This document shows, piece after piece, positions 46,975 to 54,947 of a stretch of 64,000 nucleotides of DNA (within the stretch, counting starts at the first letter, position 1; each line of letters opens with the position of its first letter). Position numbers and translations under genes: made by a program. The notes beneath the pieces are model-generated. The model ran no database searches, was not told the origin of the DNA, and saw only the letters and a program-made list of their open reading frames with translations. The DNA comes from Planctomycetota bacterium. Its GTDB lineage: Bacteria; Planctomycetota; MHYJ01; WSZJ01. The stretch spans positions 1,445 through 65,444 of the forward strand of contig JACPRD010000169.1 of the NCBI GenBank assembly GCA_016190145.1, written 5' to 3'.

Positions 46975-48348
46975 ATGATCGCTTCCTGTTGCCCGCATTG
47001 CGGCTCGCTCATCACCCCGGGCCCCCGCCCGAGTCACTGCACCTCGTGCGGCGCGGCGCTCGCGCTTCAAAACCCCCGCCCGAAGTCGTCCCTCAAGCTG
47101 CCCCTGCTCGTGGGCGCGCTCTGCTGCATCGCGTTCGCTTTCCTCCTCGTAACGAGTCACTTCCGCAAGGGAGCCTCCGAAGAGGCCTCGTGGGTCGAAA
47201 AGAAAACCGCGGCGCTGGCGGCGGCGCGTGGTGGAAGCGCCGGGATGTTCCGGCGCGCCTGGGAGGAAGCGGCGACGGTCGCGGCGGCGAAACCCGACCG
47301 GATGGGATCGCTGCGGGCGGACCTGGAGCGGCAGCTCGCCGCCGATTTCCCCGCGGCGCTCGTGAAGGTGAGGGAGCGCGCGAACGCGAAGATGGCGGCC
47401 GAGGCGCTCACGGACTGGAAGTGCCTCCAGGCGGCGAACCTGGAGACGCCGGAGTCGGAGGCGCGCCGGGCGCGCGATGTCGAAATCCGCGCGGCGGGAA
47501 TCGACGTCGCGCACGCCGCTTCGCTGGCCGATCTCGGGGCGGGACGGTACGAGCTCGCCTTCGAGCACCACCGCACCGCCTGCGGCCTCTGCCCGGGGGA
47601 GGCCGATCCCGGGACAAGACGCCGGATTCATCAGGAGTTGGAGACCCCGCTGGCCGAGTGGCTCCGGGCGAACCGCGATGCCATCGCCGATGCGGTCGCT
47701 TCGAAGGACGACCTCCGGATCGCCGAGGCCGCCGGTCCCGGCGCGCGCATCCTCGCCGGCCTCCGCGTCCATGAATCTGGGTCTGGAGGAAAGGGCGCCC
47801 CTTCCTGGAGCTCCGGTTTCGTCCGCGCCTACGAAGACGTGCTCGCTTCTGTGCCGGTGAAGAAGCTCGTCGTCACGGTCGTCGGCGACGATGCGGCCGC
47901 GGCGATCGTCCGCCAGATCTGCACCGTCGGCTTTCCGTACGAACTCGTCTTCCGGACGGTGGCCGACGCCGGGGCAGCGGAGGCCGCCGCCTCCGATGGG
48001 GCTGAGCCGGCCTGGATGACCGTCGAGATCCGCGTGGAGTGGGAATTCGTCGACTACAAGAAGACCTCCGGACTCACGTTTTCCGGAGACTACCGGTTGC
48101 CCGTCGGCCTCGCGGTCGTCCCCCGGATTCCTGCGCGGCCGGGTGAATCCTGCCCCTGGCCGACGGAGCGGTGGGAGCGCGCCTTGTCCTCCCCGCAGAA
48201 GCTCGAGGTGCGCGGTCGCGACGACCGCGAGAGAAAGGAGGATTTCGACCGCCAGCAGGCACAGCGCCGGCAGAGCCTCGAGACCGATCTCCGGACGTAT
48301 CTGTCGGGATGGAAGCCCTGGATCCTGCCCGTCCCGAAAAGCCGCTGA
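46975..48348 (+). CDS. Zinc-ribbon plus single-TM protein (hypothetical)
   Basis: MIASCCPHCGSLITPGPRPSHCTSCGAAL zinc ribbon, then TM LLVGALCCIAFAFLLV. SD GGGAGG. Confidence 0.5.
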   Translation: MIASCCPHCGSLITPGPRPSHCTSCGAALALQNPRPKSSLKLPLLVGALCCIAFAFLLVTSHFRKGASEEASWVEKKTAALAAARGGSAGMFRRAWEEAATVAAAKPDRMGSLRADLERQLAADFPAALVKVRERANAKMAAEALTDWKCLQAANLETPESEARRARDVEIRAAGIDVAHAASLADLGAGRYELAFEHHRTACGLCPGEADPGTRRRIHQELETPLAEWLRANRDAIADAVASKDDLRIAEAAGPGARILAGLRVHESGSGGKGAPSWSSGFVRAYEDVLASVPVKKLVVTVVGDDAAAAIVRQICTVGFPYELVFRTVADAGAAEAAASDGAEPAWMTVEIRVEWEFVDYKKTSGLTFSGDYRLPVGLAVVPRIPARPGESCPWPTERWERALSSPQKLEVRGRDDRERKEDFDRQQAQRRQSLETDLRTYLSGWKPWILPVPKSR

Positions 48349-48418
48349 GAACCCTCGTATCCCGGAGAACCCCGGCTAGAATCGCCCCCGGGAACACACG
48401 ACCTTCTGAGAGCGAGCC

Positions 48419-48754
48419 ATGCAGAAATCGGGAAAGCTGAATCCGGGAAAGCCGACTGGCCTGGTGGAAGCCGTCGCCTACGGCGAAGGCGCCGTCGTCA
48501 GCCGCACCCTGGTCCAGAACACCGCGGGCACCGTCACGCTTTTCGCGTTCGACAAAGGCCAGGAGCTGAGCGAGCACACCGCGCCGTTCGACGCGCTCGT
48601 GCAGGTCCTCGACGGCGAAGCGCGGATCTCGGTGGGCGGCAAGCCGCACGCGGTGGCCGCGGGCGAGGCGATCCTGATGCCCGCCAACGTCCCGCACGCG
48701 CTCCGTGCGACGAAGCGTTTCAAGATGCTGCTGACGATGCTGCGGGCGGCGTAA
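48419..48754 (+). CDS. Cupin domain protein
   Basis: 111 aa. ...FDKGQELSEHTAPFDALVQVLDGEARISVGGKPHAVAAGEAILMPANVPHAL. Confidence 0.7.
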   Translation: MQKSGKLNPGKPTGLVEAVAYGEGAVVSRTLVQNTAGTVTLFAFDKGQELSEHTAPFDALVQVLDGEARISVGGKPHAVAAGEAILMPANVPHALRATKRFKMLLTMLRAA

Positions 48755-48790
48755 TAGCCGGATCGCCGGGAAGTCGGATCCTCCTTTGTT

Positions 48791-48816
48791 TTCATGGCGT
48801 GAATGATTATCATTCA
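48791..48816. repeat. 26-bp repeat ttcatggcgtgaatgattatcattca (left copy); contains 17-bp palindrome TGAATGATTATCATTCA (Fur-box-like)
   Basis: Near-identical copy (1 mismatch) at 50070-50095. Together they bracket the AAA+DUF4143 gene. Confidence 0.7.
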
Positions 48817-48829
48817 TCGTGTGAATAAC

Positions 48830-50065
48830 ATGTCCCATCTGCTTCCCCGTGCTCTCGCGCCCTCCATCCGCGCCGCCATGCGGTCGATGCCGGTCGTCGT
48901 CGTCACCGGCGCGCGGCAGACGGGCAAGAGCACCCTCGTGCACCGCCTGGTGCCGGGCGCGCGCCTCCGCTACCTGACGCTCGACGACTACGACACGCTC
49001 GACCGGATCCGCCGCGAGCCGGCGGCCCTTCTGCACGCCCGCTGGACGGTCGCGATCGACGAAGTGCGGCGCGCGCCGGAGGCCCTCATCGCCGTGAAGC
49101 GCGAGGTGGACCGCGGCCGCCGGCCGGGCCGGTTCCTGCTCACGGGCTCGGCGAATCTGGCGCTCCTGAAATCCGTCTCGGAGTCGCTCGCGGGGCGCGC
49201 GGCGTACTTCGACCTGCACACGCTCACCGTTTCCGAGCTCGCCGGGCACGGACGCACGGGACCGTGGGACCGCCTCCTGACCGACCCCGGCCGGCTCAGG
49301 TCCCCCGGCCGCAGCCTCGACGATCTCCACCACCACCTCTTCCGCGGCGGCTTCCCCGCCGCCGTCCTCGTTCCGGGCGACGCGCACCGCCGCCTCTGGC
49401 TCGACGGCTACGTCCGCACCTACCTCGAGCGCGACCTCCGCGACGTCTCCTCCGTCGCCGACCTCGCCGATTTCCGCCGCCTCATGCGCATGGCCGCCCT
49501 CCGCACCGGCGCGATGGTCAACCAGACCGAACTGAGCCGCGACGCGGGCCTGCCGCAGCCGACGGTCCACCGCTACCTGAATCTGCTCGAGGCCACCTGC
49601 CTCGTCCATCGCGTCCCCGGCTACGCCGTGAACCGCACCAAGCGCCTGATCCGCACCCCGAGGCTCTTCTGGTGCGACACCGGCCTCGCCGCCCACCTCG
49701 CCGGAGTCGAACTCGCGTCCGAGCTTCGCGGAGGCGGCATGGGCGGATTCCTCCTGGAGAACCTGGTCCTGCTCGACCTGCTCGCCTGGGCCGAGACCCG
49801 CACGCCCCGCCCGGCGGTCTGCTACTGGCGGACCGCGACGGGCGAGGAGGCGGACTTCGTCGTGGAAACGGCGGGCAAGGTCGTCCCCATCGAGATCAAG
49901 TCGTCGCAGAAGCCGGCTCTTCACGACGCTCGCCACCTGCAGACGTTCCTCTCCGAGTACGGCGCCGCGGCGCCCTTCGGGCTGCTCCTCCACAACGGGA
50001 CGGAGCTGGAACGGATCGCGGAACGGGTCTGGGCCGTGCCGCTCGGGACGGCGCTCGGTTTGTAA
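48830..50065 (+). CDS. AAA+ ATPase with DUF4143 C-terminal domain (AAA_14/DUF4143 family)
   Basis: Walker A GARQTGKST, ...FLLTGSANLALL..., C-terminal DUF4143-like region. Start at Met10 of ORF 48803..50065. Confidence 0.8.
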   Translation: MSHLLPRALAPSIRAAMRSMPVVVVTGARQTGKSTLVHRLVPGARLRYLTLDDYDTLDRIRREPAALLHARWTVAIDEVRRAPEALIAVKREVDRGRRPGRFLLTGSANLALLKSVSESLAGRAAYFDLHTLTVSELAGHGRTGPWDRLLTDPGRLRSPGRSLDDLHHHLFRGGFPAAVLVPGDAHRRLWLDGYVRTYLERDLRDVSSVADLADFRRLMRMAALRTGAMVNQTELSRDAGLPQPTVHRYLNLLEATCLVHRVPGYAVNRTKRLIRTPRLFWCDTGLAAHLAGVELASELRGGGMGGFLLENLVLLDLLAWAETRTPRPAVCYWRTATGEEADFVVETAGKVVPIEIKSSQKPALHDARHLQTFLSEYGAAAPFGLLLHNGTELERIAERVWAVPLGTALGL

Positions 50066-50069
50066 ATCC

Positions 50070-50095
50070 ATTCATGGCGTGAATGATAATCATTC
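50070..50095. repeat. 26-bp repeat ttcatggcgtgaatgataatcattca (right copy)
   Basis: In the 46-bp gap between convergent genes. Core GTGAATGATAATCATTCAC matches 15 of 19 positions of the Fur consensus. Confidence 0.7.
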
Positions 50096-50111
50096 ACAGC
50101 CGGCCGATCGG

Positions 50112-50660
50112 CTACTTCTTCCGGCTGTAGCGGATCGTAATGATGGTGACCCAGGCGCCGTCCTTCGCGCACGTCGACGTGAACTTCAGGTGGTCGGCGT
50201 CCACGATCTCGAGGCTCTCGCGGAACTTCACGATCGCGTCCGGCTTCTCGAAGTCCGGGCCCTCGGTCTCGAGCGTGAGGATCTTCCCCGTCTTGTCCAT
50301 CGTCCCCGTGTACTGCCAGAGACGGCTGGTCATCGAGTCCACCCACGTGCCGATGTAAGACTTCTTCTCCGGGTCATACCCGAGCGTCAGGATTCCCGTG
50401 AACGGGGTCCCCATCACCTCGCCCTTGTGCTCCAGCACGCCCCAGAACCCGCCCACCAGGCGCCCGGACGCCGTCCCTTTCGTCGCCTCCGGCGGCTTCC
50501 CTTCCCCCGTCGGAATCTCGCCCTCCGTCTCCCAGTTTCCCTCGAGCTGCCGGAACCACTCGTGCTCCTTCTGCGGCGACGGCAGCTGCGGCCCGTCCTC
50601 CGCGGCCGCGAACCAGGCCAGCGCGCACGCGAGCCATCCGGCGGTGAAGATCGTCTTCAC
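50112..50660 (-). CDS. DUF1579-like secreted protein
   Basis: Signal peptide MKTIFTAGWLACALAWFAAA (GTG start). ...EGNWETEGE...GRLVGGFWGVLEHKGEVMGTPFTGILTLGYDPEKKSYIGTWVDSM. Confidence 0.6.
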   Translation of the reverse strand: MKTIFTAGWLACALAWFAAAEDGPQLPSPQKEHEWFRQLEGNWETEGEIPTGEGKPPEATKGTASGRLVGGFWGVLEHKGEVMGTPFTGILTLGYDPEKKSYIGTWVDSMTSRLWQYTGTMDKTGKILTLETEGPDFEKPDAIVKFRESLEIVDADHLKFTSTCAKDGAWVTIITIRYSRKK

Positions 50661-50790
50661 GACGTCCTCCTTTCAATCCGGGCCCCCTCCCTCGGGGGCC
50701 TTCGGGGCCGACATCCTGCGAAAACCGACGGACCCGAATCAAGCCGCAAGCGTGAGCGCAAACCGCCCGCCGTACGGTAAAGTCGCGCCC

Positions 50791-52326
50791 GTGCCCCCCG
50801 ATCCCCGATCCTCCACGGCCGACCTCGCCCCCGGCGTCCGCCCCGTCTTCGCGATTTCCGGCCACGCGCGCTGCCTCGGCGGCGTCGACGCCTCGGCCGA
50901 CGGCGCGCTCGTCGCCACCGCGTCCTTCGACCGCACGGTGCGGCTCTGGGACGGCGCGTCAGGGACGCCCCGGCGCATTCTGCGCGGCGCCACGGCGGGC
51001 GTGCGGTGCGTCGCCGTCTCGCCCGACGGGCGCCACGTCGCGGGCGGATGCGACGACGGGCGGATCCTCGTCTGGGACGCCGCGAAAGGCGGAGAGCCCC
51101 TCGTCTTCGAGGGCCACGCCGGACCCGTGATGGCCGCCTCGTACGCCCCCGACGGCGGTCTGCTCGCCACCGCTTCCCAGGACCGCGCCACCCACCTCTG
51201 GGATCCCTCCGGGTCCGCCCGACAGACCCTTCATGGCCACACCGAATGGATCGGCGCCCTCGCCTTCTCCCCCGACGGAAAACTCCTCGCCACGGCCTCG
51301 GACGATGCAACAGTCCGCCTGTGGAACCCTTGGAGCGGCGAAGCGGTCCGCACGCTTCGGGGCCACAAGAACTGGATCCGGGGCGTCGCGTTCTCTCCCG
51401 ACGGGCGCCGGATCGCCACGGCGTCGTTCGACCGCACGGTGCGGCTCTGGGACCGCGCCGACGGGAGGCTCCTGCAGACGCTCGAACTGGAAGGCCGGCC
51501 CGCGCGGTCCGTCTCATTTTCCTCGGACGGCCGGCTCCTCGCCGTCGCCGCCGGCGCCTCGATCCGCCTCTGGGGCGCACGCTCCTGGGAAGTCGCCGCC
51601 GAGATTCCGGGGCACGACGCGCGGTTCATGCCGCGCGGGCTGGCGGTCTGGGAAGAGGACGACCCTGTCGTGCGCGTGTACGACCTGGAGGGACTTGCCG
51701 TCGAGACGGCGCCGCCGGACCCGCAGCGGGCGAGCGACACGATGCGCCTCGCGGTTCCGGGCGGCACCACGGCCGTACGCCGCGGGACGCTCGCTTCGTA
51801 CGCGGGCGGGGCCTCCGCGATGCTCGCGGTCGCGTTCACCGACATCGTGGACTCTTCCGCGCTCACGCAGCAGCTCGGCGAGGAACGAATGGGCGTCCTC
51901 CGCCGTGAACATTTCGCCCTCGTCCGCGACGGCATCCGCAAGCGCAACGGGCACGAGGTCAAGACGATCGGCGACTCCTTCCTCGTCGTCTTCCGCACCG
52001 CGGTCGACGCTCTCGACTTCGCGCTCGACGTCCAGGAGCGCGCCCGCACCCACACCCTCAAGGTCCGCATCGGCGCGCACGTCGGGCCGGTGCAGGTGGA
52101 GGAAGAGGACGCGTTCGGCTCGACCGTGAACTTCGCTGCGCGCGTCGAGGCGATGGCGAAATCCGGCGAGATCTGGCTGAGCGAACGCGCGAAGCAGGAC
52201 GTGGACGGCGAGGCGGCCGAGCGGCACGCGGCGCTCGCGTGGCGCGAGCGGCCGGACTGCGCGCTCAAGGGGTTTCCGGGGGCGCACCGGCTCTGGTCCG
52301 CCGAACAGGCACCGGGGGCGCCATGA
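50791..52326 (+). CDS. WD40-repeat protein fused to a class III adenylate/guanylate cyclase catalytic domain
   Basis: Seven WD blades (..GH..CLGGVDASADGALVATASFDRTVRLWD.. x7). C-terminal ...AVAFTDIVDSSALTQ...KTIGDSFLVVF...GAHVGPV...VNFAARVE. No in-frame ATG; GTG at 50791 or 50752. Confidence 0.65.
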   Translation: MPPDPRSSTADLAPGVRPVFAISGHARCLGGVDASADGALVATASFDRTVRLWDGASGTPRRILRGATAGVRCVAVSPDGRHVAGGCDDGRILVWDAAKGGEPLVFEGHAGPVMAASYAPDGGLLATASQDRATHLWDPSGSARQTLHGHTEWIGALAFSPDGKLLATASDDATVRLWNPWSGEAVRTLRGHKNWIRGVAFSPDGRRIATASFDRTVRLWDRADGRLLQTLELEGRPARSVSFSSDGRLLAVAAGASIRLWGARSWEVAAEIPGHDARFMPRGLAVWEEDDPVVRVYDLEGLAVETAPPDPQRASDTMRLAVPGGTTAVRRGTLASYAGGASAMLAVAFTDIVDSSALTQQLGEERMGVLRREHFALVRDGIRKRNGHEVKTIGDSFLVVFRTAVDALDFALDVQERARTHTLKVRIGAHVGPVQVEEEDAFGSTVNFAARVEAMAKSGEIWLSERAKQDVDGEAAERHAALAWRERPDCALKGFPGAHRLWSAEQAPGAP

Positions 52327-52377
52327 AATCCGAAACTGGCGCGCCGGCGCCCGTCCCGGCTAGAGTGACCACCCCGC

Positions 52378-54060
52378 ATGAGCGCTGAAGACACCGCCGC
52401 CAGCCCGGACGAAGGCCGCCCGATCATTTCGTACGGGGCGTACCACAACTTCGTCTCGATCATCTTCTCGGTCGCGATGGCGGTGTGGGCGCTCACGCTA
52501 TTCGGGATCACGGGGCGCGTCGCGGGGCGCGAAGCGAAGCCGGCGTGGGAGCTGGAGGCGTACTTCCTGGCGGGCGGCATCCTCTACGGCGGCACGCTGA
52601 TCTGCTTCTACTGGATCTACTCCGACCGCATCGCGTCGCTCTACCGGCCGCGAAACCTGCTCGTGCTCATCATCGATTTCATCTCGCTGTCGTTCCTCAC
52701 CGCGGCGGCGGGGGGATGGACGGACACCAAGTACTTCAACACCGTTTCGATCTTCACCGTGCTCTGCCTCGGCGCGCGGTTCATTCCCGCCGCCCTCCAG
52801 GAGTGGCACGGGCGGGTCGCCGGCCGGCTCCTCCCCGGCGAGACGATCATGCGCGACGTGTGCCTCGTCTACGCGGGCTACCTCGTGCTCGTCGGCGTGC
52901 TCATGGCCGGCGGGATGACGCTCGGCGGCGGGATCGACCGCGGCAAAATCCACCTCACGCTCTACATCTTCGTCATGATCGGCATGGTCGCGGGCATCGG
53001 CACCACCCTGCGCCATTCCTTCCGCCGCGCCCCCGAAGCCTACGCCGGGCCCGCTTCCGCCGCGGCCGCCAACGAGGAATTCCCGCCCGTCCTCATCCCC
53101 GCCTACGGCGCGCTCGTGCCCGGCACCGTCGAACGCGTCTCGAAAGGCGTCTTCGCCGGCGAAGCCCTCTTCAGAAGACTCGTCACCGAAAACGCACGCC
53201 CCGAGTACCGCTTCCACCAGAGCCTCGTCCACGCCTACCGCGACGTCGAGACGCAGGCGTTCATCATGGCGCACGTGGGGAGGGACGAGGAAGAGATTGC
53301 GATGCGGTCGATGTGGGTGTATCTGGCGCACTGGTTCGACGACATTTTCGACGGGCCGGCGGCGGCGACGCTGGCGGGGGGGCGGTTCGAGAAGGGATTC
53401 GACATCGGCGCGGTGCTGGTGGGGCTGGATCCGTCGCTCGGGCGAGTGTGGCGTGCGGCGCTGGATCGGTCGGCGAGGCTGAAAGGGTGGGAGTCGCGGA
53501 AGTGGCTGCTGGAGACGGGGATGAGGCGGCTGATCCTGGGCGGGCCGATGTTTGCGGCGTCGACGGCGGACCAGCACAAGAGGTTCATGGAGGCGCACAA
53601 GGCGATTCTGCTGGACCTGGCGAAGGACTCGGCGCCAATCCGGACGCTGGTGGAGAATTCGAGCGAGCGGTATCTGGCGTACACGGCGAAGGTGGTGGTG
53701 GAGATCTGGGACAGTTTCCTGGAGGATCCGCAGGTCGAGGGGTCGGTGCTGATGAACATGTTTTACGCGCCAGGGCTGCTGTATCACGACTCGGATGCGG
53801 AGGTCGGGAAGCTGGAGATGAGCCGGCGCGAGGGGCTGGTGACGGACAAGGTGGTGCGGGAGCATCTGGGGAAGGTCTTCGCGTGTCTCAAGGAGCTGCC
53901 GCAGGACCGGCGGAAGCAGGCGCTGGCGCCGGTGCCCTTGTTCCTGGGGGCATTCGGGCCGATTCTGGAAGGGGCGGGGCTGCTGGAGGAGTACCGGGCG
54001 TTTCTGAAGGATGAGCGGGTGACGGCGGTGGTGAGGCGGATTCCGGTTGAGACGGCGTAG
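52378..54060 (+). CDS. Polytopic membrane protein with C-terminal soluble domain carrying a DDxxD motif (hypothetical)
   Basis: About 6 N-terminal TM helices. C-terminal ...YLAHWFDDIFDG... No confident family assignment. Confidence 0.5.
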   Translation: MSAEDTAASPDEGRPIISYGAYHNFVSIIFSVAMAVWALTLFGITGRVAGREAKPAWELEAYFLAGGILYGGTLICFYWIYSDRIASLYRPRNLLVLIIDFISLSFLTAAAGGWTDTKYFNTVSIFTVLCLGARFIPAALQEWHGRVAGRLLPGETIMRDVCLVYAGYLVLVGVLMAGGMTLGGGIDRGKIHLTLYIFVMIGMVAGIGTTLRHSFRRAPEAYAGPASAAAANEEFPPVLIPAYGALVPGTVERVSKGVFAGEALFRRLVTENARPEYRFHQSLVHAYRDVETQAFIMAHVGRDEEEIAMRSMWVYLAHWFDDIFDGPAAATLAGGRFEKGFDIGAVLVGLDPSLGRVWRAALDRSARLKGWESRKWLLETGMRRLILGGPMFAASTADQHKRFMEAHKAILLDLAKDSAPIRTLVENSSERYLAYTAKVVVEIWDSFLEDPQVEGSVLMNMFYAPGLLYHDSDAEVGKLEMSRREGLVTDKVVREHLGKVFACLKELPQDRRKQALAPVPLFLGAFGPILEGAGLLEEYRAFLKDERVTAVVRRIPVETA

Positions 54061-54067
54061 GGAAAGA

Positions 54068-54251
54068 CAACTTCAAAGGCAAAAAGGAAACTTCAAGTAA
54101 CTTCAAGGGGACGACTTCAAGGGGCACGGGCCGCGGTCATGCCTTTGTTTTTGCCCTTATCGGAGCCGGCCTCAGATGCGAGACGTCGGCCATTGCCGTT
54201 TGAACTTCTCCGCTTGAAGTTACTTGAAGTTGCACTTTTTCCTTTGAAGTT
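54068..54251. mobile_element. MITE-like element: ~39-bp imperfect terminal inverted repeats rich in ACTTCAA/TTGAAGT, AT-richer than surroundings
   Basis: Left arm caacttcaaaggcaaaaaggaaacttcaagtaacttcaa. Right arm ttgaagttacttgaagttgcactttttcctttgaagttg (about 85% complementary). Non-coding. Between convergent genes. Confidence 0.4.
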
Positions 54252-54263
54252 GTATTTCCCTCC

Positions 54264-54938
54264 CTACGTCGGCGGCGCGCTCAGCAGCCTCTGAATATCC
54301 TCATCCCTCCCCGCGACCGCCAGCACGTCCCCCTTGTGCAGCCGGTCGTTCCCCATGGGCACCGCGTTGATCCGGGCCGGCAGCCCCGGATCGGAAGACG
54401 GGCGCCGGTAGGCCACGAGATTCACGCGAAATCTCTTCTTGAGATCGAGTTCCGCCAGCGACTTCCCCGTGAACGATTCCGGGGCCTCGATTTCCGCGAC
54501 GCTGTAGCCCTCGATGAGTTCGAAGTAGCCCTTGAGGGACGGCTGGCGGATGTGCCGGGCGCACTCGGCGGCGGCCTGTTCCTCGGGCATGACGACCTCG
54601 TCGGCGCCGACGAGTTTGAGGATGCGGGCGTGGACGGGGGACGGCGCGCGGGCGATGACGCGCTTGATGCCGATCTTCTTGGCCATGAGGACGAGGAGCT
54701 GGTTGGTTTCGAAGTCGTCGCCGATGGAGGCGACGAGGGCGTCCATTTCATGGATGCCCTGGGCGCGGAGTTCGCGCTCGTCGGTGGCGTCCATCTGCAC
54801 GGCGACGGCGACCTCGTCGCGGATGTCGTCGATGAGTTCGAGTTTCGAGTCCACGGCGTAGACTTCGACGCCCGCCTTCGCGAGGTTGACGGCGAGCGAG
54901 CGGCCGAACAGTCCGAGACCGACGACGGCGACCTTCAT
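54264..54938 (-). CDS. trkA: Potassium uptake regulatory protein TrkA/KtrA (RCK N+C)
   Basis: MKVAVVGLGLFGRSLAVNLAKAGVEVYAVD Rossmann motif, C-terminal TrkA-C. Confidence 0.85.
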   Translation of the reverse strand: MKVAVVGLGLFGRSLAVNLAKAGVEVYAVDSKLELIDDIRDEVAVAVQMDATDERELRAQGIHEMDALVASIGDDFETNQLLVLMAKKIGIKRVIARAPSPVHARILKLVGADEVVMPEEQAAAECARHIRQPSLKGYFELIEGYSVAEIEAPESFTGKSLAELDLKKRFRVNLVAYRRPSSDPGLPARINAVPMGNDRLHKGDVLAVAGRDEDIQRLLSAPPT

Positions 54939-54947
54939 GGGGACTCC

